Below, in pieces: positions 46,852 to 56,431 of a stretch of 64,000 nt of DNA. The translations under genes were made by a program, and so were the position numbers. The stretch is taken from NCBI GenBank assembly GCA_963663135.2, contig CAXXRM010000005.1, positions 353,812 to 417,811 on the forward strand. The letters are read 5' to 3'. Below the pieces are notes generated by a model. The model saw nothing but the letters and a program-made list of their open reading frames with translations. It had not been told where the DNA came from and ran no database searches. The DNA is from Dehalococcoidia bacterium (lineage in GTDB: Bacteria; Chloroflexota; Dehalococcoidia; Lucifugimonadales; UBA3495). Position 1 is the stretch's first letter. Every line of letters starts with the position of its first letter.

Positions 46852-48372
46852 ATGAAGGTGATCATCCGGTACTGGATGGGAGGTGCCGGAGTGGTTACAG
46901 ACCAGCAAGTTGTTTTACTGAGGCAGAGACGAATGGAAAGAAAGACACAGCAGACATCGGCGGCCATGGCCGGAATGAGTGTGCGGTCAGCGCGCAAGTG
47001 GCAGTGTGGACCCTTACCGTCGGAGACAGGGCAAGATCGCTGGTGGCGGACCCGGACTGATCCCTTCGACGGAGTGTGGGAGGAGGAGATCCTGCCCTTG
47101 CTTGAAGGCGAGGCCGCCGGCAGGCTCAGGGCAACGACAATTATCGAATGGTTGGAAGAGAAATTTCCCGGCCGCTTCAGCGCCTCCCAACTCCGCACCC
47201 TGCAGCGACGATTACAGGACTGGCGGGCGCTCAACGGTCCGGATCAGGAGGTCTACTTCCCCCAGGAGCATCCACCGGGCCGCGAGGCCCAGATCGACTT
47301 CACCCACTGCAACTCCCTGGGAGTCACCATCGGAGGCAGACCCTACCGGCACCTGCTGTTCCAGTTTGTGCTGAGTCATTCGGGCTGGCGCTACGCCGAG
47401 GTGGTTGCCGGCGAGACCTTCCTGGCCCTGAAGCAGGGACTCCAGAAGGCCCTGTGGGCCTTGGGCGGCGCGCCTCTGGTGATCCGCTCCGACAACACCT
47501 CGGCCCTCACCCATGAGATAAAGCGCAGCCGCGGCCGGGCCCTCAACGACAGCTATTCCGAACTTCTGGACCACTACGGCCTGCGCTCCACACTGATCAA
47601 TTCCGGGGAATCCCACGAAAACGGCGTCGCCGAGCAGGCCCACTACCGGCTGAAGGACGCCCTGGACCAGGCCCTCATGCTGCGGGGCAGCCGCGATTTC
47701 AATTCCGTCGACACCTACACGGGCTTCGTCGGCAAGGTGGTGGACCGGCGCAACCGGCTGGTAAAGGAAAAGCTGGAGCAGGAACGAGTTCATCTACAGC
47801 CCCTGCCGCCAGCTCCGGTGCCGGAATACGTCAACTACCGTGCCAGGGTGCGCAAGTGGAGCACCATCCAGGCAGCTGGCCGCACCTACACCGTGCCCTC
47901 CAGTCTCATCGGGAAGGAGGTGCAGATCCGTCTGTACGCCGAACACCTGGAAGTGTACTACAAGGACCACCTGGTGGAACGGATGGAACGCGTCAGAGGC
48001 GAACGGGAGGCCCGGGTCGACTATCGCCATATCATCGGCTCCCTGGTCCGTAAGCCAGGGGCCTTCGCCCGCTACCGGTTCCGGGAGCAGTTGTTTCCCA
48101 CCATGACCTTCCGGCTGGCCTACGACGCCCTCAAGAGGTGGCGAGGCGAACGGGCTGACGTGGAGTACGTGCGCATCCTGCACCTTTCGGCGACAACTAT
48201 GGAGTCCACGGTGGACAGCGCCCTGGCCCTGCTGCTGGAGGCCGGTGAGCCCTTTGACTACGGCACGGTCAAGGAACTGGCGAACCCGGCTCCGCCACGG
48301 GCGCCGGTGCTCAACCTGCCCAGCATGCCTGACCTCAGGGTCTACGACAGCTTGCTGGTGGGGGTGGCCTGA
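46852..48372 (+). CDS. istA: IS21-family transposase IstA
   Basis: An N-terminal HTH, an rve-type DDE core (REAQIDFTH...IRSDNTSAL...) and IS21-typical size (506 aa). Confidence 0.9.
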   Translation: MKVIIRYWMGGAGVVTDQQVVLLRQRRMERKTQQTSAAMAGMSVRSARKWQCGPLPSETGQDRWWRTRTDPFDGVWEEEILPLLEGEAAGRLRATTIIEWLEEKFPGRFSASQLRTLQRRLQDWRALNGPDQEVYFPQEHPPGREAQIDFTHCNSLGVTIGGRPYRHLLFQFVLSHSGWRYAEVVAGETFLALKQGLQKALWALGGAPLVIRSDNTSALTHEIKRSRGRALNDSYSELLDHYGLRSTLINSGESHENGVAEQAHYRLKDALDQALMLRGSRDFNSVDTYTGFVGKVVDRRNRLVKEKLEQERVHLQPLPPAPVPEYVNYRARVRKWSTIQAAGRTYTVPSSLIGKEVQIRLYAEHLEVYYKDHLVERMERVRGEREARVDYRHIIGSLVRKPGAFARYRFREQLFPTMTFRLAYDALKRWRGERADVEYVRILHLSATTMESTVDSALALLLEAGEPFDYGTVKELANPAPPRAPVLNLPSMPDLRVYDSLLVGVA

Positions 48373-49142
48373 TGATGGACGCCAACGCCATTCAGGTCCG
48401 GATCGGTGAGTTGTGCCACCGGCTGCCCACCATGGGGGCGCAGTCGGTGGCCCGCCTCACCGCCGCCGGCCACGGCGACGCCCTGGAGACCCTCCTGGAA
48501 GTGCTGGAGCAGGAGGCCGAGGATAGAAGGCAGCGGCGGATCAACAAACTCCGCAAGGAGTCCAGGCTGCCCGCGGGCAAGACCTGGGAGACCTTCGAGC
48601 ACGACCGGGTGCCGCTAAGCCTGCAACAGCAACTGGGAGAACTGGCCGACGGCAACTTCGTTGAGCGGGGGGTCAACGTCCTGGCTTTCGGACTGCCCGG
48701 CACCGGGAAAACACACGCACTTTGCGCCGTGGGCCACCGGCTGGTGGAATCGGGCAGGTCGGTGCTCTTCGCCCCGGCCTACCGGTTGGTACAGGACCTC
48801 TTGGCGGCCAAGCGGGACCTGGCGCTGCCGCGACAACTACGCAAGCTCGACAGCTACGACTTCCTGCTGCTGGACGACCTGGGCTACCTGCCCCAGGGTG
48901 CAGAGGAATCGGAGGTGCTCTTCACCCTCATCGCCGAACGCTACGAGCGTCGCTCCCTCGGCATCACGTCCAACCTGGTCTTCTCCCAGTGGGAGCACAT
49001 CTTCGCCAACCCAATGGCAACCGCGGCGGCCATCGACCGGGTGGTCCACCACTCGGTCATCCTGGAATTCGACGTCCCCAGTTACAGGACAGGAGTGGCT
49101 CAAAAACGGACCCAGAAACAGGAGGTGAACCGGCAAGAATAA
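48372..49142 (+). CDS. istB: IS21-family helper ATPase IstB
   Basis: Walker A GLPGTGKTH and Walker B LLLDDLGY. Size is typical at 256 aa. Confidence 0.9.
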   Translation: MMDANAIQVRIGELCHRLPTMGAQSVARLTAAGHGDALETLLEVLEQEAEDRRQRRINKLRKESRLPAGKTWETFEHDRVPLSLQQQLGELADGNFVERGVNVLAFGLPGTGKTHALCAVGHRLVESGRSVLFAPAYRLVQDLLAAKRDLALPRQLRKLDSYDFLLLDDLGYLPQGAEESEVLFTLIAERYERRSLGITSNLVFSQWEHIFANPMATAAAIDRVVHHSVILEFDVPSYRTGVAQKRTQKQEVNRQE

Positions 49143-49268
49143 TTGACGGAACCGGCAGAAGTAGTTGACGCTGAACACACAACTTCAACAAATACCCCAT
49201 AACCCCAAATTTCATTGCACTGCCAGTAAAAACCGGACCGGGAAAATGCTCACGACTACCGACCAAAC

Positions 49269-49294
49269 TGAGGTGGACCCAGGAAACTGGACAG
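49269..49294 (+). repeat. solo IS3-type terminal repeat TGAGGTGGACCCAGGAAACTGGACAG
   Basis: The same TGAGGTGGACCC-N6-(T)TGGACAG pattern as at 40280, 45523 and 54939, in the same orientation. Confidence 0.5.
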
Positions 49295-49343
49295 TATCCG
49301 TGTTTGTTTTCAAGCCTTTCGTTGGGCAATGGAGCGGATTGTA

Positions 49344-50277
49344 CTAAGCTGTTATCGGCACCCACGGTGTGCCCCCACGGGCCACGGCGTTCAGTTGCAA
49401 CAATAGCTTGCGTATCACCGCCACCAAGGCGACTTTCCCAGGTTTGCCACGCTGACGCAGGCCCTGATAATAGCTCCGCATTCCCCCATCGACCCGGATC
49501 ACGGACCATGTGCAAATATACAAAGCGCGGCGCACCACTTTCCGCCCGCCCCGAATAGACCGCTGTCCCCGCTTATTCCCGCTGTCTCGGGACCAAGGCG
49601 TCACGCCCACTAAGGACGCCAGGGCCTTTGGGTCCAGCAGGCCCAGTTCCGGCAGGTGGGCCACCAGGATGGCCGCCGTCAATATCCACACACCCGGCAC
49701 CGTGCGGTAGAGTGCGGCCCGCTGGGTCAGGGCAGCGCTGTTCTGCAGTAGCTCCTGGTAATCCTTGTCCAGTTTTGTAATTTCATCCTTAAGCCAGGCG
49801 ATGTGGCGGTTTGTGGATTCGGCAACGGCCGGAGATACTACCTTGTCCATTCGGCCCGATTCCTGGACCTTCTGTTCTACAAGCTGCCGACGCCGACGCA
49901 GCAAGTCCTGCAACTCTTCGAGCTCCGGCTCCGGTCTCCGGGTACAATTCTCTTGGAACACGCTGCCGAAGCGGGACAGGACCTGGGCATCCCGCGGGTC
50001 TGTTATGGCTTCATAACCGCAGGCCCGGGCGAAGGCGCGCACCCGGCGCGGATGGGCCAGGTATACCTGTATCTCGGTCTCACGCAAGCGGCTCGCCAGC
50101 GGCCGTTCGTAACCTCCGGTGGACTCACACACCGCCTTGCCAACATCCTTATCAACGAGGTGTTCCAGCAACCTGGAGATGCCCATCACGGTGTTATCGA
50201 ACCTGATAACGGGCCCCCCCCCCCGAAACAGAGACTTCCAGATTAGCCTTGCCTACGTCAATACCCGCCACTATCAT
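49344..50277 (-). pseudogene. IS110-family (DEDD) transposase interrupted by a frameshift in a G11 homopolymer
   Basis: The N-terminal part MIVAGIDVGKANLEVSVSGGG (ATG at 50277) and the C-terminal part ...PVIRFDNTVMGISRLL...ESTGGYERPL...VGVTPWSRDSGNKRGQRSIRGGRKVVRRALY lie in different frames. They rejoin if the 11-nt C run at 50214..50224 is read as 10. Confidence 0.85.
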
Positions 50278-50689
50278 GTTCCAACCTCCTGAAGCGTCCT
50301 GAAGTGCCAACCTCTGTGTCCTCCACACTTGTAAATGCGGGCCCGGAGCCCATGTATCCGTTCGGAGCGACCAGTGTGGCGAGAGGGGTGTCAAACTGTC
50401 CATCGGTGCAGCCCAGGGTTCTCACCCGGCTCACCCGGTAGCTACCGACGCGCCCCTCTCGTCTGCCCCACAAATTGGCCCATTCGCAGGACAGTTCCAA
50501 CATACAAGTAGCGCTGATGCACGACGCAAACTCACATGCCTCTTCAGCTAACTGCTTGGCGGCGTTGGCCGACGGAATTTCACCTTCCGAGCGTGGCGGC
50601 AGACCCCCCAACCACGCTCGGCCCATGCTGATAACGTTGTCTAACTCATGAATCCATTCTTCGGTAGACCACGAGTCTCTACGCTTCAT
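50258..50689 (-). CDS. hypothetical protein downstream of the DGQHR gene (its 3' third overlaps the IS110 5' end and is probably not native)
   Basis: A 143-aa ORF with no recognised motif. Only about the first 95 codons lie outside the IS110 region. Confidence 0.25.
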   Translation of the reverse strand: MKRRDSWSTEEWIHELDNVISMGRAWLGGLPPRSEGEIPSANAAKQLAEEACEFASCISATCMLELSCEWANLWGRREGRVGSYRVSRVRTLGCTDGQFDTPLATLVAPNGYMGSGPAFTSVEDTEVGTSGRFRRLEHDSGGY

Positions 50690-50875
50690 CAGAGTTCTCC
50701 CCGCTATACCAACCGGTGCAAATCACCTAAGTTGAAAACGAGGTGAGCTCGTTAAGTATATGGTTCCCAAGTTTTTTCCCCTAACTCAGTAGCGTTTGTT
50801 GGATAATATTATCAGAAGTAAATGAGATGTTATTTCCAGCACAGATGCCGGTCACGGCTCCCAACGGAGCCCTTA

Positions 50876-52009
50876 TTAACCTGTGTTGCTTTTATTCACT
50901 TGTGACCTGATCTTGTATGATGCGTTCCCGTAGGCTCCTGTTGAGAAGGCTTTCAGCCTGTCTTTGTCGTCGGTCAGCATGAGATCTTTCTTGAGATGGT
51001 TTGCAGCGTCGTTCTTGAAAAGGTTCAGGTTGGCTACCGTTGCGGCGAGGTCCTCCTGTGGTATTGCTGCTTGCATGCTTGTTGACCAAGTTTCGGCTAT
51101 GAGGCCGATAAATCTCAGGTCGTATGCGTAGTGTCTTGTTTTCTCGTCTGGGACGTTGAGCGTGTCGTTGTCGGTTAGATTTTTGAATTCTTCTCGGGCT
51201 GTGGGTAGCCAATTCAGGAAGTTCTGGAGTTTCTCTGCTGATTCCTCGTGACCGGACGGCGTTTCCATGTAAACCTTTCTGGCTCTGGGAAACGACTGCT
51301 TAACTCCTACCTCAAGGGCCTTTACTATTGTTTTCAGGTTGTTGACGCTGAAGATGTCTGAGCTGTCGGCCTTTGGGTTGGACCGGATGGTGTCTGTGCG
51401 CTCTCTTACCCAATTTACCTTTGCCAGGGTCTCCTTTATGACATTGACCACCGGGTCTCTACCGTCAAGGTATGCCAGCTCGGAACTGCTCATCCTTTTG
51501 GACTTGTTCAGGTCCACAAACATCTGTCCGGCGTCCTGGTTGCCGAAATTTTCCATAAATTCCAGGACAACGTGGGAGTTAACCAGGTTGTCCAATTTCT
51601 CGGCGCTGTTGCTTACCTCGGCCTGTATTAGGGTGTCGTGTACGATGTGCAGTGCCTGCACCCGATGCTGGCCGTCCAGTATCTGGAGGCCGCTTTCGAG
51701 GTTCCGGAACTCGCCTCCCTCGATGGTCAGGTTTTCGCCTTGGGCGGTGAATACAAAAGGGGGTATGATCCAGTTATTGGCATCCAGGTAGTATTTCGCA
51801 ATTGCGGCGCAATGGGCTCTGTCCAGCGGCCGCTGGTAGTCCGTTTCGAGGCCGTAGAGTTCCTCTGCAGTACGTTCCGTTGCTTTCAGCAGGTCCTCGA
51901 CGGCTACTGTGGCATTGGCAATCCACCTGTTGTTTTGGCGTCTTGAACCTTGGGGTTGGCTGAAGAGGCTCATCTGTGCTTGGGGGACACTTCTTCGTGG
52001 TCTGGGCAT
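50876..52009 (-). CDS. DGQHR-domain protein (DndB-like, ParB/Srx-fold family)
   Basis: An exact DGQHR motif (LQILDGQHRVQAL) with the preceding ...YQRPLDRAHCAAIAKYYLD...PPFVFTA pattern typical of DndB-family proteins. Confidence 0.75.
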   Translation of the reverse strand: MPRPRRSVPQAQMSLFSQPQGSRRQNNRWIANATVAVEDLLKATERTAEELYGLETDYQRPLDRAHCAAIAKYYLDANNWIIPPFVFTAQGENLTIEGGEFRNLESGLQILDGQHRVQALHIVHDTLIQAEVSNSAEKLDNLVNSHVVLEFMENFGNQDAGQMFVDLNKSKRMSSSELAYLDGRDPVVNVIKETLAKVNWVRERTDTIRSNPKADSSDIFSVNNLKTIVKALEVGVKQSFPRARKVYMETPSGHEESAEKLQNFLNWLPTAREEFKNLTDNDTLNVPDEKTRHYAYDLRFIGLIAETWSTSMQAAIPQEDLAATVANLNLFKNDAANHLKKDLMLTDDKDRLKAFSTGAYGNASYKIRSQVNKSNTG

Positions 52010-52140
52010 GTTTTCTCCTCAGGCTTTATTTTCCAACTTTGTATTGGCCTGGCTTTGTGCTCCAGTGTGGGGTTTGCTTTTAGCCCTGTTGGTTCTCGTA
52101 CCTGAATATCTTTGGTTGCCTTGAGTTTCACTGATTGGCT

Positions 52141-53917
52141 CTAGAAATCCGGCCGGAAACCCCTTGTTGGGAAGAGGAATTTAGTCAGTAAGGCCGCCGC
52201 GAGCAAAGTGAGGGCCCAAATTTGCCCGAGCCACGCGGCACCGCAATTGGCGGCGGAGTTGACCATGCCAGCGGCCAGGGAGCTGCCGGCGCTGGGACCG
52301 GAGCCGGTTTCTCCCGTCAACCCGGCTTTGGCGGCCACCAGGGTCAGGTTGGCCACCGTGGCGGCCAGGTACAACTGGAACCTGGTTTTGATGCGGCCGA
52401 AGTAGCGGGACTGGCGGATTCCGAGTTGGACCAGCCGCGCCAGCCGGTGCTCCACCACTACCCTCCGTTGCCGATACCCAGCAAAACCCTCGCTGTGCTG
52501 GAGGGCGCGGGCCTGCTGCAATAAAGCTTCCTGCGGGTGCAGCCGGACCGTCCGCCCCGTACCCGGTTTTGCCGCCAGGCACTGGGACCGCAGCGGGCAC
52601 GCTCCACAGACCGCCGCGTCGAATCGGAAGGCCTCCAAACGGTAAGGTCGACCCATTTGGTCGGTGCGCCGCCCTGCAGGAACTATCGTCCGGGTAACCT
52701 GCCCCGCTGGACAGGTGCAGGAACCCGCCTCCAGGTCAATCCGAAAGGTCTTCCTTCGGAAAGTGAGACCGGTTGGGGCGGCCCGGCACTCGGGCAATCA
52801 GGGTGCGTCCCGCATCGGCGAAGGCCTGTCTGGTATTGCCGTCGCCATAAGCGGCATCGCCCATGATCTCTGCCGCCGTCACGCCGGTGTTGGCCTCACT
52901 CTGTTCCACCAGTTCCAGCACCCCCAGGTTGTCCGGAGCGTTGCCGGGCAATACCTCCACGGCGGTAATCAGCTGGGTGCCGGTGTCCACCACAATCGCC
53001 GCCTTGTGTCCGTCGAACCGCCGGCTGCTGCTCTTGTGCCCGTGGCGCATCTCCGGGTCGTGCACCGACATCATCCGGTCCCGGCTCACCCCATCCTTGA
53101 GGCTCACTCTGTCATCAGTCCGCTCCACGTCCTGGAGCAGCAACTGCCCCAGCAGTTCCGCCGCGTCCACAATCCGTTGGCGCTCGGAGCGGTCCTCGGG
53201 CAGTTCCCCCTGCGCCTGCCGCGATAATTCCAACAACCGGTCCGCGTCAGCCACAATCCCAGCCAACAGCGCCGCCCGCGCCTGCCGGTTGGACCAGTCG
53301 ATGGCCGCTTCGCCCTTGACGCTGGAGCCCAGGTATCGATGGTATCCCCGGGCCTTGGCCCACTCTCTATCGGTGGTCTTCGCCACGGCTGCCAGCGCCC
53401 GCAGCAGTTTGACGATCCCGTCCGCCAACAGATTGTATGTATCCTTCACCGCGCCCCGGCCCAGGATATTGGTCGTGTCCAGCGCCACCTTCATGCCGCG
53501 CCTTTTCAGGTAGCCCGACTCCCGGGCCAGCCGCAGGCTGCCCTCGAACACCTCCCGCACCTTGTCGTGCAGGATCAGCTGGGCGCGGAATACCTGCAGC
53601 GTGCTCTTGGCGAAGGGCCGGTCCTCCACCTCAATCCCCAGGGCTACTTTCCAGCGGAGGTCAAAGTCGGCCCGAGCCTTGGCCTCGGAATCGCTCACCT
53701 TGTCGTGGGACTGGAGCAGCAGCGCCGTCGCCAGCAGGCTGGGCGGCACGCTGTCCCGGCCGTTGTCGGGGCAGTAGAATTCGGCGAACTCGGCGTCTCG
53801 GAACAGCCGGCCCCGCAGCGACGCGAGGAGACCATAGAAGCTTTCCCGCCCCACGTGATCCAGATACAGCCGGTCCGCTTCCCAAAGTCCCCTCTGGTCC
53901 GAACGCTCTCCCAACAT
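52141..53917 (-). pseudogene. IS1182-like transposase split into two ORFs by a 1-nt frameshift near 52747
   Basis: ORF 52736..53917 ends ...HFPKEDLSD*. ORF 52141..52797 contains ...FRIDLEAGSCTCPAGQ. Removing one C/G at ~52747-52748 gives a continuous HFPKEDFRIDLEAGSCTCPAG. Confidence 0.7.
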
Positions 53918-53995
53918 TCTCCGCCCTCGCTACACTTGTTGACCCCGAGTATAGCCGCTTACCCGCCCACAGCCACTTTCCGGCCGGATTTCTAG
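52141..53995 (-). mobile_element. IS1182-like (IS5-superfamily) insertion sequence with perfect 19-bp terminal inverted repeats
   Basis: CTAGAAATCCGGCCGGAAA (52141..52159) is the exact reverse complement of 53977..53995. The internal transposase has a DUF772-like N-terminus and a C-terminal ...CPAGQ...CGACPLRSQC motif. Confidence 0.85.
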
Positions 53996-54227
53996 GGCCA
54001 GTTCGCCGGAGCCCGGCACAGCAATGCCTGCATACCCGGCGAGTGGAGGGAACTAATCTGGCAGAAAGAGCTGATCGTCAGGCTGGCTGACGGGCTCTGG
54101 GAAGCCGCGGGGTAACCTGAGTTTCCCACATGGGATATCCCGGTGGAATAACCGATGGAGACGGTTGACAATCCAGTCCCCCGTGGACACCATGAGCCCC
54201 ACTCGCAGGTAAGAACAGGGGACCGAA

Positions 54228-54896
54228 TTGGTAGATTTACAGGACGGCTATGCGGTGATCGACCTCGAGATGGCCGGAGCGGACCCCCACACCGGCCTCA
54301 TCATCGAGATGGCGGTCGGGGTGTCTCACCCAGGGCAGAACCTGATCACTGACCGGGTCCTGGTTAAGATAGACCAGTTCATCCCCAAGAACATCGCCCG
54401 GTTGACCGGGATTACCGACAGGGACCTGACCTCGGGCGGGATTTCCATCGACGATGCCCTGGGCTGGTTCGTGGAGCGGACTTCCGGCCTCCCCTTGGTC
54501 GGGCACAACGTCCTTCAATCGGACCGGGCCTACCTGCTGGAGGCCGCCCGCCGGCACCGCCAGGCCGCCAACGAGGGCCTGTATCCCAAATTGGTCATCG
54601 ACGAGATGCTTAACCTGCCGGTCCAACGGTTCATAGATACCCTGGGGCTTTACAAGGGTTACCTCCTGGGTGAGTACCCTCAGGCTGGGGAAAGCCACGA
54701 GGACTACGCCCTGAGGGTGATCTCCCGGGACGCCTACGGGCTTCGCACCGGCCTGACCGCGGCCTGCGAAGATCTGGGCATTCCCGTTTCCCGAATCCGG
54801 GCGCATCGGGCCACTGGGGATGTGTTACGGAACCAAATGTTGTTCGAGAAACTCCTGGAGTTGAACCCACCCGAATCACTCGCCCGAGGGTCATGA
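54228..54896 (+). CDS. DEDDh 3'-5' exonuclease (DnaQ/epsilon-like)
   Basis: Exo I YAVIDLEMAG, Exo II LVGHNVLQSDRAYL, Exo III AHRATGDV. The start is ambiguous (TTG 54228 or ATG 54250). Confidence 0.8.
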   Translation: MVDLQDGYAVIDLEMAGADPHTGLIIEMAVGVSHPGQNLITDRVLVKIDQFIPKNIARLTGITDRDLTSGGISIDDALGWFVERTSGLPLVGHNVLQSDRAYLLEAARRHRQAANEGLYPKLVIDEMLNLPVQRFIDTLGLYKGYLLGEYPQAGESHEDYALRVISRDAYGLRTGLTAACEDLGIPVSRIRAHRATGDVLRNQMLFEKLLELNPPESLARGS

Positions 54897-54938
54897 GCTG
54901 TCAGAAGACCCACCTGCAGCTACTTCCCATCCTGGTTC

Positions 54939-54977
54939 TGAGGTGGACCCGGATATTTGGACAGAATTAAGTGAGAG
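54939..54977 (+). repeat. solo IS3-type terminal repeat TGAGGTGGACCCGGATATTTGGACAGAATTAAGTGAGAG
   Basis: It closely matches 40280..40329 (TGAGGTGGACCCCATTAGTTGGACAGGATTTAGGTGGAATTAAGCGAGAG). Confidence 0.5.
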
Positions 54978-55202
54978 ACTTGGCACTCCAACAAATGATG
55001 CTGACCTTTCGCACCGAACATATCCGTAAGCCGCGAACCAAGCTCAGGTAGTCGGCCCCAACATGACGCAATCAGAACGATTCCCAGACACTTTCAGCCT
55101 TAGGCCGACCTGGAAGACCTCACCACCCCAAAACACAGAGCCTGCTACCCCACCTCAAAGACCGGGAGAACTTAAGGAAGTCTCGATTTAACAAGAGGCC
55201 TC

Positions 55203-56089
55203 ATGGAATTCGCAGACCTGAATGAAATCAACCTCCGCACCGCATGGCCGGACGAAGCCCACGACTTCACCCCCTGGCTATCCCAGAACCTGAACCGCCT
55301 CTCCCAGGCCATTGGAATACCAATGGAACTCGAGGACACGGAAGTAGCCGTCCAAGAGTTCTCGGCCGACATTCTAGCCAGGAATCCCACCGACAACACT
55401 CTCATTCTGATCGAGAACCAGCTGGAGCCGACCGACCACACGCACCTTGGTCAGATCTTAACCTACCTCGCAGGGCTCAATGCTCAGACCATAATCTGGA
55501 TAGCCCGGAACTTCCGGGAACCTCACCTCTCCGCGGTCCGTTGGCTGAACACCCACACCTCAGACCCATTTGGTTCTTCGCAGTCCAGGTCAAGGTAGTG
55601 CGAATCGGAAACGACCAGGCCTCCCCCGTATCCCCGATCTTCGAGGTCCTGGAGAAGCCAAACGAATGGGACCGGAAGATCGCCGACACGAAAGATGGGG
55701 CACTGAACGAACTCCAGCGGTTCCGACACGACTTCTGGCAGTCATACGCCCAACAATACCCGGAAGATATCCAACTCAACCCCAACTTCATCGACAGCAA
55801 CGTCTACCACAGGATGAACGGGCTGTTCGTCTCCCAGTACCTGGCCCAAGGGGAGGTTGGAGTCTACCTTCAAAAAGAAAACCGCCGGTACACGGACGAA
55901 GACCGAGAGCGCATTCAGACACACGAGGTAAAACTCAACGAACAAGGGATTACCGCCGGGCCAAACTCCCAACACGTCGGCACCAACCTCTCAATAAATA
56001 CCCGAGACCAAGCAAACTGGTCCCAGATGAGGGAATGGCTGCACGATACGCTAAGAAGATTCCGGGAGATACTTGAGAAAGAAACCTAA
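55203..56089 (+). pseudogene. PD-(D/E)xK-like N-terminal domain + DUF4268-like C-terminal domain protein, frameshifted near 55560..55575
   Basis: Frame 1 gives ...FSADILARNPTDNTLILIENQLEPTDHTHLGQILTYLAG...RWLNTHTSDP. Frame 2 continues WFFAVQVKVVRIGNDQASPVSPIFEVLEKPNEWDRK... to 56089. Together they form one colinear protein of a family I recall as DUF4268-containing nuclease-like proteins. Confidence 0.6.
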
Positions 56090-56431
56090 TCCGAAGAAAG
56101 CTTGAACGCCCGGGCATGTGTGCGGGCCCAGGGTGAGAAATGCGAAGTTCCCCCCGTTCCCCAGGAGTTCACCAGCCATGTTGCCTAGAATACGCCGGGA
56201 AATGAAAGTTCGAAAAGCGCACTCGAATGAGTAGTGCAATCCTCTTCTCTTCCCTGACAGAGATTGATCGACGCCCGAGCCGGAAATCACCTAAAATGAC
56301 GAGGCAGCGAGAGAACCGCTCTAGCTTGGGCCCCCGACGGCGATGGCCGCTCAAACTGTGGGGAGAATGAGCGGCCCCTTTTGGGAAACAACCCCAAGGG
56401 CCCATCGACCAACCCGCCACAATAAACCTGC

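Larger units (their letters stand above)
46828..49172 (+). mobile_element. IS21-family insertion sequence (istA + istB), apparently intact
   Basis: Imperfect terminal inverted repeats: AGCGACAACTAGTTTTGCCGGTCAAT (46828..46853) versus ATTGACGGAACCGGCAGAAGTAGTTGACGCT (49142..49172). The two full-length ORFs overlap by 1 nt (TGATG). Confidence 0.8.
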
